Positions 48,780-63,182 are shown, counted from the stretch's first letter. The stretch: DNA of 64,000 nt from an uncultured Gemmatimonadales bacterium (GCA_963798085.1 CAWCRS010000005.1:256001-320000), one strand, 5' to 3'. Translations and numbers: made by a program. The notes: generated from the letters alone by a model not told the origin.

Positions 48780-51452
48780 AACGTGCCGCATCCCCGCGCG
48801 AGCCGCTGGCCGTGGCGCTGTATCGGCGACTGCTCAGGCTGGCGCCAGGCGATGTGGGCGGTCGCTACGCCGATGAAGCGGGCGACGTGTTCTTCGAGCT
48901 GTATGCGGATGCCAGCCGCCGGGGCGGCCGCCTCGGCGGACTGCGCATCCTGATTCGTTCGCTGTTGCTGCTGGCACTCGCCGCTGTACGCGAGTGGCGT
49001 GCAGAACGGCGTAGCGATCCAGGGAGAAAGGGCAGGCGCATGCGTGGCTTCGCGAATGATGTACGCTTCAGCCTGCGCGCGCTGCGCAAGCGTCCGGGCT
49101 TCTCGCTGACGGCGATTCTGATCCTGGCCGTCGGCATTGGTGCGACGACCACCATTTTCAGTGTGGTCGACACGGTCGTGCTGCGGGAGCTGCCCTATCC
49201 GGATGCGGGACGTCTCGTTTATTTCGACAATGGCAGTCACTCCTTCCCCAACTTCCACGCGTGGCAGGGGCTGTCAGCGTTCGAGTCCATTGCCGCTACC
49301 CTTAGCGAGTCCGTCGACCTGGCGGGCGATGGCGAGCCGGAGCGGCTGCCTGCCGCGGCGGTGTCCCCGCACTACTTCCCCATGCTGGGCGCCGGCCCCA
49401 GGCTCGGTCGGCTGTTCCAGGGCGACGATTTCCGGAATGGCAGCAATGTCGCGGCGCTCAGTTATGGCGCGTGGCAGCGGCGCTGGGGCGGTGCCCCGGA
49501 CATCATCGGCAGGACCCTGCGCCTCAATGGTCAACCGCGCGTCATCGTCGGCATTGTGGACGCGTCGTTCCAGCCGCCGGAAGTGGACGTCGGCGGGCGT
49601 GTGGACGTGTGGCTGCCGCTGGATGATGGCGGCGCCATCGCGAACGACCGCGGCTATCATGTGCTGGGCGTGGTGGGCCGTCTGGCTGCGGGCACAGCGC
49701 TGGCGACGGCGCAGGCGCAGATCGACGCGCAGCGTGCCGCGGACGCGGAAATCGACCCGCAACAGTATCGCCGGCGCGACGGCACGATCGTGAAGGTGCC
49801 GCTGGTGCCGCTGCGCGAAGCCACTGTGCGCGAGGTGCGCGGCACGCTGTTCCAGCTGCTGGGCGCGGTCGGTCTGCTGCTGCTGATCGCCTGCGCCAAT
49901 GTGGCTAACCTGCTGTTGGCGCGCGGCACATCACGCACGCGCGAGATCGCGTTGCGCAGCGCACTGGGCGCCGGACGCTGGCGCATTGCCCGGCATGTGC
50001 TGCTGGAAGGCACGCTGCTGGCGCTGCTGGGCGGCGCCCTGGGTGTGCTGCTGGCGTGGGCCGGTGTGCTCGCGTTCGCGCGTTTCCATCCGCCCGACAT
50101 TCCGCGCATTCGATCGGCTCGCGGTGGACCCGCGCATTCTCCTGTTCACGGCGTGTGTTGCCGTGGCGACCGGCATGGTGTTCGGCAGTCTGCCCGCGCT
50201 GCAGGCAGCCCGTGCGAACGTGGGTGCTGCGCTCAAGGAGAGTGCGGCGGCCGTCACCACCGGCCGGCGAGGGCGGCAGGTGCGGGGCGGGCTGGTGATC
50301 ACGGAGATCGCGCTCGCGCTGATACTGATGACGGGGGCCGGGCTGCTCTTCCGCACGTTCGTGCGCATTCTGCAGGTCGATCCCGGCTTCGACGCGCAGC
50401 AGCTCATTGTGCTGCCGCTGGACCTGGATGCGGGGTTCGACGGCGCACAGCGCGTGCAGTTCACGCAACAGCTGCTGGAAGGGATCCGCGGGCTCCCGGG
50501 CGTTACCGACGCCATGGCCGGGCCGACCATTCCCTTCAGGTTCACCGGCAACAGCCGCTGCTGCTGGTCCACCGCGGTGCAGGGCGATCCGGCCTTCGCC
50601 AGCGCCGACCATCAGGACCGTTTCATGATTCATCCCATAACAGCGGATTACTTCGCCACGCTGCATGCGAAGCTGCTGGCGGGCCGTGATTTCACGAAGG
50701 CCGATGGCACGTCGGGCCCGCCCCTTGCGATACTCAATGCCAGCGCCGCGCGCGCCCTGTTCGGCGCTGCCGATGTGGTGGGCCGACCGATCACGCTGGC
50801 CAAGCAACAGTTGACTGTGATTGGCGTAGAGAACGACCTGCATCACTGGGGTCTGACGCAGCCGCCGGGCAACAACGTGTACGTGCCGTATGCGCGCTTC
50901 GCCGGCGATTTCCCGATGCTGAGTGTCGCGGTGCGTGCTTCCATGCCCGTGGCGGCGCTGGCGCCGGCGTTGCGCAGCGTGGTGTGGCGCCTCAAGCCGG
51001 ATCTGCCGATCGGCTCGATCCAGACGATGGAGCAGCGTGTTTCCGGCTCGCTCGCGAGCCAGCGCTTTCTCGCGCTCCTGTTCGGTGTATTCGCGTGTGT
51101 GTCGCTGCTGCTGGCCTGCGCCGGCATTTACAGCTCGATGCTGTACGCCGTCGGACAGCGTTCCCGCGAAATGGGGGTTCGTCTTGCGCTGGGCGCGAGT
51201 GCACGCGAGATCGTAGGCATGATTCTGCGATCCGGTCTGCTGATCGCGATCGCGGGCATCGGCATCGGGCTTGGCGTTGCGGCGGCGGTCTCGCGCATCA
51301 TGACCAGCATGCTGTGGAACGTGCCTCCGACGGATCCGCTCACCTACGCGGCGGCGGGGATCATTCTCGGAGCAACGGCTCTGCTGGCCTGTCTCGGGCC
51401 AGCGCTCAGGGCCGCGCGCACGGATCCGCTGAGGACGATGCGCGCCGACTGA
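48776..51452 (+). CDS. Duplicated MacB/FtsX-type ABC permease (ADOP-like); one frameshift near 50110
   Basis: D.RF.LR.LRK.PGF, LLLIACANVANLLLAR...R.RE...R.ALGA, EIALAL.L..GAGL, R.REMGVRLALGA, PA.RAAR.DP; ORFs 48776..50689 and 49899..51452 join as PRI-DRLAVD. Confidence 0.88.
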
Positions 51453-51504
51453 TCGCGTGCGCGCAGCGCCCATGCCGCACACGTGGACAACGGCGGAGGT
51501 GCGT

Positions 51505-52041
51505 GTGCAGCGTGAGGAACTGCGGTCGCTGCTGGCGGAGGGCTTCGACGGGAAGGCGTGGCATGGTCCGACGCTGCGCAGTGCACTGCAGGGCGTGCGT
51601 GCAGAGGAAGCGCTGTGGCGGCCGGGCAGGGGCAGGCACTGCATTTGGGAGATCGTGCTGCACTGTGCCTTCTGGAAGCTGCGTGTGCTGGGGCGGGTTT
51701 CCGGCGAGCGGGAGCGCTTCCCCCGGCCGGGCGCGAATTTCCCCAGCCTGCCCCAGCCTGCCGACGAGTCCGCGTGGCGCGCCGACTGCGCGCTGCTGGA
51801 GGCAATGCACGCGCGGCTGCTGCGTTATGTGGGCCGCACGCGCAAGAGCGAGCTGGACGCTCCCTTTTCGGCAAAGCCCGGGTCTCGCCGGCGGCAACTG
51901 ATCGGCATTGCCTTCCACGATGTCTATCATGCCGGGCAGATCCGTTTGCTGCGGCGCCTGTATGATGCAGCACACACGCAGCCGGTGCGCGGCAACGCGT
52001 TGCGGCGGACGCGCAGCCGCCCGGCGGGCGGGACCGGATGA
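51505..52041 (+). CDS. DinB/YfiT family protein
   Basis: AWHGP.L...L.GV, IWEIVLH...W, HD.YHAGQI; GTG start after GGAGG. Confidence 0.8.
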   Translation: MQREELRSLLAEGFDGKAWHGPTLRSALQGVRAEEALWRPGRGRHCIWEIVLHCAFWKLRVLGRVSGERERFPRPGANFPSLPQPADESAWRADCALLEAMHARLLRYVGRTRKSELDAPFSAKPGSRRRQLIGIAFHDVYHAGQIRLLRRLYDAAHTQPVRGNALRRTRSRPAGGTG

Positions 52042-52293
52042 TCGAAGACCCATTGTCGCCTGCACTCCATAATCCTTCTGCAGTTGCTGCATGCACTTCT
52101 GAAGACACGCGCCAACTCGTGACGTGAGCAGCGCCTGCGCGCCGCGCGTCACGCGACAGCGGCTGTCTGTTGCAGCGGCCGCCGGCGCGCGTCGGGCCGG
52201 CGGGCCTTTCCCTGCGCGCCGGTCGCGCCCATAATCTCCCAGCGCAGCGTTCGTGCGAACGTTGGCCGTTCCCGTCACGCAGGAGTGGGTCCC

Positions 52294-53250
52294 ATGACGA
52301 CGCGGCTGGTGGAGACGGAGTGGATCTGGAAGGACGGCGAGTTCATTCCCTGGGCCGATGCGCGGGTCCATGTTCTGAGTCTCGCGGTGCAGTTCGGTTC
52401 ATCGGTATTCGAGGGCATTCGCTGCTACAAGACGCCGGACGGCCCTGCAGTCTTCCGCCTCACCGATCACATCCGGCGGCTCTTCGATTCCGCGCGCATT
52501 TATCGTATGGATCCCGGCTTCACACCGGAGGAGATCATAGCCGCGTGTGCCGAGACCATCACGCGCAACGGACTCGAGCACTGCTACGTGCGGCCCATGG
52601 TGCTGCGTGGCTACGGTTCGGCCGGCATGAATCCGGTGGGCACACCGGTGGAGGCGTACATCTGCACGTTCCCGTGGGGCACGTATCTGGGCGAGGGCGC
52701 ACTGGAGAGCGGGGTCGACGTTTGCATTTCCTCGTGGCAGCGTCCCGAGCCCAACACGTACCCGACGCTGGCGAAGAGTGCGGGTCACTACAACAACAGC
52801 CAGCTCATCAAGGCGGAGGCGGTGCTCAACGGCTATGCGGAGGCGATCGCGCTGGGACCGGGCGGACTGGTGAGCGAGGGCAGCGGCCAGAACGTGTTCC
52901 TCGTGCGTGACGGCGTGCTGCTTACGCCGCCCATTGATGGCACATCCCTGTCCGGCATAACGCGCGACAGCATCATCAGGCTGGCGCGCGATCTCGGCAT
53001 TGCGGTGCGCGAGTTACCGATACCGCGCGAAATGCTGTACACGGCGGACGAGGCGTTCTTCTGCGGCACGGCCGCAGAGGTCACGCCCATCCGCAGCGTG
53101 GATCGTATTCCCGTGGGCGCCGGCCGCATGGGCCCGGTCACGCGCCGCGTGCAGCAGCGCTTCATGCAGACGGTGCACGGCGAGATCGCGGATACGCACG
53201 AGTGGCTCTATCGTGTGCCCGCGGCGGCGTCGGCGCTGGCCGCGCACTGA
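52294..53250 (+). CDS. ilvE: Branched-chain amino acid aminotransferase
   Basis: IW.DGE..PW.DA..HV, VFEGIRCY, K..G.Y, SEGSG.N.F, GITR, GTAAEVTPI. Confidence 0.93.
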   Translation: MTTRLVETEWIWKDGEFIPWADARVHVLSLAVQFGSSVFEGIRCYKTPDGPAVFRLTDHIRRLFDSARIYRMDPGFTPEEIIAACAETITRNGLEHCYVRPMVLRGYGSAGMNPVGTPVEAYICTFPWGTYLGEGALESGVDVCISSWQRPEPNTYPTLAKSAGHYNNSQLIKAEAVLNGYAEAIALGPGGLVSEGSGQNVFLVRDGVLLTPPIDGTSLSGITRDSIIRLARDLGIAVRELPIPREMLYTADEAFFCGTAAEVTPIRSVDRIPVGAGRMGPVTRRVQQRFMQTVHGEIADTHEWLYRVPAAASALAAH

Positions 53251-53322
53251 GGCGAGGCGGGCTCCGCCGCCTGGCCGGCCGTAGCGCCCTGCGGGCCCGG
53301 CCGACTGCGCTCTAACATGCTG

Positions 53323-55707
<2,385 letters not shown>

Positions 55708-55740
55708 GTTGCCCGCACGCGCTCGCGCTTCACGGATTCG

Positions 55741-56775
55741 TCATTCGTCGGCCGCAGTTGTGCCTGTCCGGCGGAAATGAGTATACCCCGCCAGTGACCG
55801 GGTTCGCTCGCTGCCATCGAGGTTGAGCCACGAGACGCCCCGCCCTGTGGCGACGCGGCCAACGCGCGTGAGAGGCAGTGCGAATTGCTGCTCGAATGCG
55901 TTTCGCTGCCCTGCCATTTCCCCGGCCGGCGCGGCAAAGCACAGCTCGTAGTCTTCGCCGCCGCTCACGGCCAGCTCGGCAATCTGTTCGCGATTCAATG
56001 TCATGGCTCGCACGACCGGCGCGAGCGGCACCGCGGCCAGCTCCATCTGGATGTGCACGCCGCTGGCGGCGGCCAGGTGGCCAGCGTCGCCGGCGAGGCC
56101 GTCAGACACGTCGATCGCCGCGTGCAGCAGTCCTCGCTCCTGCAGCCAGAGCGCTTCCTGAATGCGTGCGACCGGGCGTTTGAACGCGTGCACCGCGTCC
56201 GCCGGCGGCTCGTCGCCCTGAAGCCAGCTGCGTACGGCGACGGCAGCGCCGCCCAGCTCGCCGGTAACCCATATCTCGTCGCCAGGCCGTGCACCTGCCC
56301 GCGAGACATCGCCCGCAGGCGTGCCGGCCACTGTCAAGCTGACGATTGCGGGCCCGGGCGACGCCGAGACATCGCCACCAAGCAGGAGCGCACCGCAGGC
56401 AGCCGCGGCTTCGCTCACGCCGGCCATGACGGCCAGCGCGAAGTCTGGCCCATCGGCGGGGCTCACGGCAACCGTGGCGAGCAGCCCGATGGGTCGGGCC
56501 GCGGCCGCGGCCAGGTCGCTCAACGCCGCCGTTGCGGCCCGGTAGCCGATCTGCTGCGGCGTCATCCAGCTTCGCCGGAAATGTACATCTTCGATGGACG
56601 CATCGGTGCTGAGCGCGAGGCGCCCGGCGGCAAGTATGGCGCAGTCGCTGCCCGGACCGGTGATAATGCGCGCGGCGCGCGCCGTGTCCAGCGTTCCGCG
56701 TGTGCGCGCATCCTGCTCCAGCACCTGCCGGATCAGCTCGAATTCCGCACCCTCGCCCAGTGCCAGCAGCCGCAT
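55741..56775 (-). CDS. thiL: Thiamine-monophosphate kinase
   Basis: EFELI, G.DCA, D...E.VHF, LSDLAA, GGD, DVSDGL..D, GGEDYEL, GY.HF. Confidence 0.92.
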   Translation of the reverse strand: MRLLALGEGAEFELIRQVLEQDARTRGTLDTARAARIITGPGSDCAILAAGRLALSTDASIEDVHFRRSWMTPQQIGYRAATAALSDLAAAAARPIGLLATVAVSPADGPDFALAVMAGVSEAAAACGALLLGGDVSASPGPAIVSLTVAGTPAGDVSRAGARPGDEIWVTGELGGAAVAVRSWLQGDEPPADAVHAFKRPVARIQEALWLQERGLLHAAIDVSDGLAGDAGHLAAASGVHIQMELAAVPLAPVVRAMTLNREQIAELAVSGGEDYELCFAAPAGEMAGQRNAFEQQFALPLTRVGRVATGRGVSWLNLDGSERTRSLAGYTHFRRTGTTAADE

Positions 56776-58346
56776 CAGTGGCGCCAGTGCAGGCGGACGG
56801 CGCCGGCCGGCGTAGCGGCCCACACGTCATCGCCGACCGGCAGCACGTCGACGACGGGACCTGCCGTGATGTCATCGGGCACGGTGTACGCCTCCCAGCG
56901 ACCGGACTGCGCGTCCCTGCGCGCAATGCCGCGCGGTCCCGCAACCCACAGCGTTTCCCCCTGCTGCGCCAGACGCAGCGCCGGCCCGATGCGATCGAGC
57001 GCGGCATCACGCAGGGCGCCGGAGGGTGGTCCGTCCGCGCGGTACAGATCGCCTTCGACGATGGCGAAGGTGGCACTGTCGCTGACCGCGACATCGTTCA
57101 CCCGACCGCGTAATGCCGGGTTAGTCGAATACGCGGCGGGCGCCGTACCCGGCGGCTGACCCGGCGCCAGTACCCAGAGGCCGCGGTCGGTCGCCAGGAA
57201 CAGCGAATCGTGGCGCGCGGCGAGGCGGGCCACGCGCTGCCCGGCAAAGAGCGCGGGACTGGGCCGGCCCGTCGAGTCGAGCACGGCCAGGCCGCGGTCA
57301 GTGCCGATCCAGAGATGTCCCTGTGCCGGGAGCAGACAGCGTGCTGCATCGGTGGGCAGCCCCTCGCGACCGGTGAACCGGGTCCAGGCTGCGCCGCCCG
57401 TCGCGTCGGGCCGCCGGCTCGTGTCGAGTCGGTAGAGCCCGTCACTGGCCGCGAACCAGAGGACGCCGAAGGCCGGGACGATTTCCGCGACGAACCCCGA
57501 GGGCGCGCCGTCGCCTGAATCGAACTGCTGCCATTCTCCCAGCTCCGGGTCCGCCACCGCCACGCCGCGGCGCACCCCACGTCCATCCGAGCCGAACCAG
57601 AGCCGGCCTGCGACGAATGCGACGGAGGCGGCGCCTGCACCCGCGAGGCCGTAGCGCAACCAGTCGCGCCGGTCCATGCGACGATCGTAGTGCAGCACCC
57701 CACCGCCGGCCGTGGCGATCCAGTACTCGCCGGGCTCCGGGCCAGTGGCCACATCGGTCATGGTCCAGCGCCGCAGCCGCGGGTCGAGCCCGAGCGTGCC
57801 CTGCGCGGCTCGAAAGAACGGGTCATTCGGCGTGGGCTGAGCGGCGCTGAGTACCGGCGCCGGCACGGAGGCGGGCGACACCGGCTCGGCAATCAGCGAA
57901 GTGCTCTGCAGGCGCTGCCATTCGCCGCCCGCGTGGACGTAGATCACGCCTTCGCGCGGCCATGGCACAATGGCATCGATGGCGCCGCGACCGTTGACCG
58001 GAGCCCGGTCCCAGCGGCCGAAGCCGGGCACGGATGTGTAGAGGTCTCCCGCATCGGTGCCGAGCCAGATCGCGCCACCAGCCGCATCGTACGCGACGGC
58101 AGCGGGCCGGGTCGCGATCATCTCGATGGGAAGTGGGACCGGCGGCTTCCAGCGCTTGAAGACGATGTCCCAGATCAGCACGCCGAAGGGCGCAGCGGCG
58201 TAAACCTCGCGCGTGCCGGCGGCAATCCCTGTGATGATGCCGCCATCACTCACCAGGACGCGTTCGTCCGGCTGCCAGAAATGGCGTTGCGCGACCAGGC
58301 CGCGAGGCAGGACCAGGCAGGTGAGCAGCGCCGCGGCCTGGAGCAT
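56775..58346 (-). CDS. Secreted beta-propeller protein
   Basis: Signal peptide; repeated W.(G/A)T..G(L/V) blades. Confidence 0.7.
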   Translation of the reverse strand: MLQAAALLTCLVLPRGLVAQRHFWQPDERVLVSDGGIITGIAAGTREVYAAAPFGVLIWDIVFKRWKPPVPLPIEMIATRPAAVAYDAAGGAIWLGTDAGDLYTSVPGFGRWDRAPVNGRGAIDAIVPWPREGVIYVHAGGEWQRLQSTSLIAEPVSPASVPAPVLSAAQPTPNDPFFRAAQGTLGLDPRLRRWTMTDVATGPEPGEYWIATAGGGVLHYDRRMDRRDWLRYGLAGAGAASVAFVAGRLWFGSDGRGVRRGVAVADPELGEWQQFDSGDGAPSGFVAEIVPAFGVLWFAASDGLYRLDTSRRPDATGGAAWTRFTGREGLPTDAARCLLPAQGHLWIGTDRGLAVLDSTGRPSPALFAGQRVARLAARHDSLFLATDRGLWVLAPGQPPGTAPAAYSTNPALRGRVNDVAVSDSATFAIVEGDLYRADGPPSGALRDAALDRIGPALRLAQQGETLWVAGPRGIARRDAQSGRWEAYTVPDDITAGPVVDVLPVGDDVWAATPAGAVRLHWRH

Positions 58347-58357
58347 CCTGCCGCGTC

Positions 58358-59929
58358 TCACCACCGTGGCGGCTGATCGAAAGTGACGAATGGCAGGCGG
58401 AGCGGGCTTTCGTCGAGGCCGGGCCGATCGAATGCCGCGTGCAGCGACTCGGAAACGTCCATGGGACCGAGCGAGCGGCCCATGTGTGCGAGATCGGCAG
58501 CGCGGCTGCTGTAGAAAATGCCTGCCGCTGCGGCCTCGCGCGGCGGCAGTCCTGCAGCGAGCAGAGCGCCGATGACGCCGGACAGCTGGTCGCCCATGCC
58601 GGCCGCAGCCACATCGGAGGAGCCAGCGGTATTGACGAGGAGAGGCTGATCCGGCGCTGCGATCAGCGACGGCTGCCCCTTGAGCAGGACCACGCAGCCG
58701 AAGCGGCGTGCGGCATCGCGTGCGGCGGACACGGGGTCCGGCAGGATGTCGGCAACGGCGCGGCCGGTGAGGCGTGACAGTTCGAGCGGGTGCGGCGTGA
58801 TGATCGCGCCGCGGGAGCGCGCCACGCGCGCCAGCCATTCCGGATCCCGTGCGAAGAGATTGATCGCGTCGGCATCGAAGGAAACCGGTCGCGATCCGGT
58901 GAGCGCGAGCGCGTCCTCGAGAGCCCGGCGCGCGCTGTCGTCGGTGCCAATGCCGGGCCCGGCGAGGAGCGCGTGCATCGTGCCCATGTCCGCGGGATCG
59001 AGCGCAGTGCGGTCGACGAATGTGGCTTCCGGCACGACGCTCTGCAGCACCAGCCGGTTGGAAGCGGCGGAGGCGACGCGCACCAGTCCGGCGCCGGCGC
59101 GCTGCGCCGCGCGACTGGCCAGTGCGGCGGCACCGGCCATGCCCTCGCTTCCCGCAAGCAGCAGCAGACGACCGGAGGTGCCCTTGTGCGCCGAGGGCGG
59201 CCGGCGAGGAAGTCGTGCGGCTGCCCAGTCCGGCGTGATCAGCTGCGCCGTATGGGGTCCGCTCGGCGTCAGTGGGGGAAAACCGATCTCGACGGCGACG
59301 AGACGGCCGCACTGCTGGCGTGCCGGCTGCAGCAGCAGACCGATCTTGGGCCAGCCGAATGTGATGGTGGTGTGGGCTGCGATGGCGTCATCGCTGACGC
59401 GGCCGGTTTCCGCATCGACCCCCGATGGCAGATCGAGTGCGACGATGGGCCGTTCACTGGCATTGAGTGCGCGAATCGCTTCGGCGGCGGGCGAGCGTGG
59501 CGCGCCGCGCGCGCCGGTGCCGAGAATGCCATCCACGAGCACGTCGCCAGCTGCGAGCGCCGCGTCCGTTGCGAGCGGTTCGATCGGAATGTCGAAACCG
59601 TGGGTGAGTGCGGCAGCGGGCGGCTGCGATCCGGCCTGCACAATGGACACGTCGCGGCCCCAGGCGAGCAGGACGCGAGCCAGAACGAGCGCGTCGCCTC
59701 CATTGTTGCCGGAGCCTGCCGCGACCACCACGCGACCGCGGGGAAAGATGCGGTGCAGTACCAGCGCGGCGGCGCGTCCTGCCGATTCCATGAGGACGCG
59801 TTCGGGCACGTCCTGCTTTTCACGCGCGGCGCGATCGAGTGCCGCGGCTTCTGCCGGCGTGACCAGCGCCACGCTTTCGCGACCGAAAACGTCGCGCGCG
59901 TTGTCTCGCCTGCCGTGCCGCGGGCTCAT
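58358..59929 (-). CDS. nnr: Bifunctional NAD(P)HX epimerase/dehydratase
   Basis: LME.AG, G.GNNGGD, D.ILGTG, D.PSG; HKG..G, GPG.G, DADA, TPH..E..RL, G.GD.L.G. Confidence 0.92.
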   Translation of the reverse strand: MSPRHGRRDNARDVFGRESVALVTPAEAAALDRAAREKQDVPERVLMESAGRAAALVLHRIFPRGRVVVAAGSGNNGGDALVLARVLLAWGRDVSIVQAGSQPPAAALTHGFDIPIEPLATDAALAAGDVLVDGILGTGARGAPRSPAAEAIRALNASERPIVALDLPSGVDAETGRVSDDAIAAHTTITFGWPKIGLLLQPARQQCGRLVAVEIGFPPLTPSGPHTAQLITPDWAAARLPRRPPSAHKGTSGRLLLLAGSEGMAGAAALASRAAQRAGAGLVRVASAASNRLVLQSVVPEATFVDRTALDPADMGTMHALLAGPGIGTDDSARRALEDALALTGSRPVSFDADAINLFARDPEWLARVARSRGAIITPHPLELSRLTGRAVADILPDPVSAARDAARRFGCVVLLKGQPSLIAAPDQPLLVNTAGSSDVAAAGMGDQLSGVIGALLAAGLPPREAAAAGIFYSSRAADLAHMGRSLGPMDVSESLHAAFDRPGLDESPLRLPFVTFDQPPRW

Positions 59930-59944
59930 TCCGCGCCGGGCTTG

Positions 59945-60148
59945 TTACTTGTAGCTCTGGCCGATCGTCCGACCGAAGCTGATCTCACCGTTGTCGATCC
60001 GGATATTGAAACCGCACTCCGGATTCGAGCAGACCCACGCTTTGTAGGTAATGGGAGCACCGTCCCGGCCATAATCCGAGAGCGGAAGCATGGTACCCGT
60101 CTTGCACTTCTGGCACTCCGGGAATTGAAACGGTGATTCGGCCGCCAT
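59945..60148 (-). CDS. Small zinc-ribbon-like protein (67 aa)
   Basis: CQKC...CSNPEC; G-rich RBS upstream; lower GC than its neighbours. Confidence 0.7.
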   Translation of the reverse strand: MAAESPFQFPECQKCKTGTMLPLSDYGRDGAPITYKAWVCSNPECGFNIRIDNGEISFGRTIGQSYK

Positions 60149-60256
60149 GACTCAACCCCTCCCCTCAACGTGACAACGTACCCAGCCGCAAACTGCGGAC
60201 CGGCGCGGCATCGCATTATAGTCTGCCTCGCGGAGCGCGTTCCCTCGATGCCCACC

Positions 60257-60640
60257 CTAACCGCCTCGCCCGCCCCACGGATAATCCTGCTCGAACGCAT
60301 CATCGAAATCAAACACATTGGCAAAATCCTGCAGCGAATCGTCGTCCTGCTTGATGAGGATGCCACATTCGACGAGCGCAAAGACGATGGCGCCCACATC
60401 GGTGGTGGCGTGGATGCCCCAGTGTTCGATGACGGTCCTGGCCATCGGCCCGAAGCGGGCCAGCGCCAGGTCACGCACGCCCTTCGCCAGCTCGCGCCCG
60501 CTGATGTGGCGAGGCTCGGGCAGACGCTCGATCACGTGATGCAGCGAGGACAGCACGAACAGGTATGCCGATTCGTGAAACTGCGGGTTGCGGTCGCGCA
60601 GGCGCTCGAGTGTCGAATCGTCGAGGAACGGACCGTTCAT
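60257..60640 (-). CDS. Minf_1886-like conserved hypothetical protein
   Basis: AY.FV..L, HISG.EL, FGPMA..V..HWGI..T.D.G.IVF.LVE, D...DF. Confidence 0.75.
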   Translation of the reverse strand: MNGPFLDDSTLERLRDRNPQFHESAYLFVLSSLHHVIERLPEPRHISGRELAKGVRDLALARFGPMARTVIEHWGIHATTDVGAIVFALVECGILIKQDDDSLQDFANVFDFDDAFEQDYPWGGRGG

Positions 60641-60651
60641 CCTGTCCGCAC

Positions 60652-61920
<1,269 letters not shown>

Positions 61921-61964
61921 CGTTTCCTGTCAGTCTTCTGGGTGGATGTCCCCGAGAAAAGTCT

Positions 61965-62103
61965 CTGGGGCTCGGGCTGGGGCTGGGACTGGCAGTTTGC
62001 GCGGCGAGACGCTCGACGCGTCAATCCCGGCTTCGCCGCCGCGACCGATGTTCGGTGACAAGCAGTTCATTCCATTCAACCCCAGCCCCAGCCCGAGCCC
62101 CAG
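61965..62103. repeat. Perfect 23-bp inverted repeat built of hexamer units
   Basis: CTGGGGCTCGGGCTGGGGCTGGG (61965-61987) is the reverse complement of CCCAGCCCCAGCCCGAGCCCCAG (62081-62103); 93-nt spacer. Confidence 0.85.
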
Positions 62104-62126
62104 CCCGAGAAACGTGTCTCGTTTGT

Positions 62127-63182
62127 TCAGATCCACGTCCGTTTGAGTTGCGCCACCTGTTCGATGCGGCGTTCGGCCAGGCGGTCGGCGGCTTTGTATG
62201 TGGGCAGGCCCTGTTCGCGTGCGATTTCGAACAGCTGCTTGAGTGTCTCGTAGATTTCGCCGGCCTTGCGCTTGGCGCGATCGGGGGACCAGCCGCTCAG
62301 CTCACCATACACGTTGATCAGGCCGCCCGCATTGATCACGTAGTCGGGCGCGTAGAGCAGGCCGCGCTCTTCCAGAAGATCACCGTGTCGTTCTTCATCG
62401 AGCTGGTTGTTGGCGGCGCCGGCAATGATGTCGAACTGGAAGCGTGGCAGGGTCTGGTCATTGACCACCGCGCCCAGTGCACAGGGTGCGAAGATGTCTG
62501 CCTTGACGGCGTAGATCTCCTCGGCGCCGACCGGCGTGGCGTGGAATTCCTGTACCACGCGCTTGACCTTTGCGTCATCAATGTCGGTAACGATGAGTTT
62601 CGCGCCTTCCGCTGCAAGATAGCCGCAGAGATAATAGCCGACATGGCCCACACCCTGCACGGCAATGCGTTTGCCTTCCAGTGCGTCATCACCGTAGCGC
62701 TCGTGCGCGCAGGCCTTGATGCCGGAGTAGGTACCGTACGCGGTCACGGGCGACGGATCGCCGGATCGGCCGGCCACGCCGCTCACGAATTCCGTCTCCA
62801 TTTGGACGTAGCTCATGTCCTCGACGCTGGTGCCCACGTCCTCCGCGGTGATGTAGCGGCCCTTGAGCGAATCTACGAACCGGCCGTGGGCGCGGAAGAT
62901 CATCTCGCGGCGCCGGATCTTGGGATCACCTATGATCACAGCCTTGCCGCCGCCCAGGTTGAGGCCGGCGACCGCAGCCTTGTAGGTCATGCCGCGCGCC
63001 AGGCGCAGTGCATCGATCAGTGCGTCGTGATCACTGTCGTAGTGCCAGAAGCGCGTGCCTCCCAGCGCGGGCCCCAGCATGGTGTTGTGGATGGCGATGA
63101 TGCCCTTGTACGCGCACGAGGGTTCGTACGAGAAGAGCACCTGTTCGTGGTCGTGCAGCTGCATCGCCTCGAAGATTTCCAT
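62127..63182 (-). CDS. Leucine dehydrogenase (Glu/Leu/Phe/Val dehydrogenase family)
   Basis: IAIH.T.LGPALGGTR, GMTYK, GGGKAVI, YITAEDVG, GDPSP.TA.G, G.ANNQL, PDYVINAGG. Confidence 0.92.
   Translation of the reverse strand: MEIFEAMQLHDHEQVLFSYEPSCAYKGIIAIHNTMLGPALGGTRFWHYDSDHDALIDALRLARGMTYKAAVAGLNLGGGKAVIIGDPKIRRREMIFRAHGRFVDSLKGRYITAEDVGTSVEDMSYVQMETEFVSGVAGRSGDPSPVTAYGTYSGIKACAHERYGDDALEGKRIAVQGVGHVGYYLCGYLAAEGAKLIVTDIDDAKVKRVVQEFHATPVGAEEIYAVKADIFAPCALGAVVNDQTLPRFQFDIIAGAANNQLDEERHGDLLEERGLLYAPDYVINAGGLINVYGELSGWSPDRAKRKAGEIYETLKQLFEIAREQGLPTYKAADRLAERRIEQVAQLKRTWI

Noticed and set aside
61921..62126. ZMP/ZTP or glycine riboswitch upstream of glyA
   Set aside because: I could not find the conserved cores of either family by eye; an Infernal search would be decisive.
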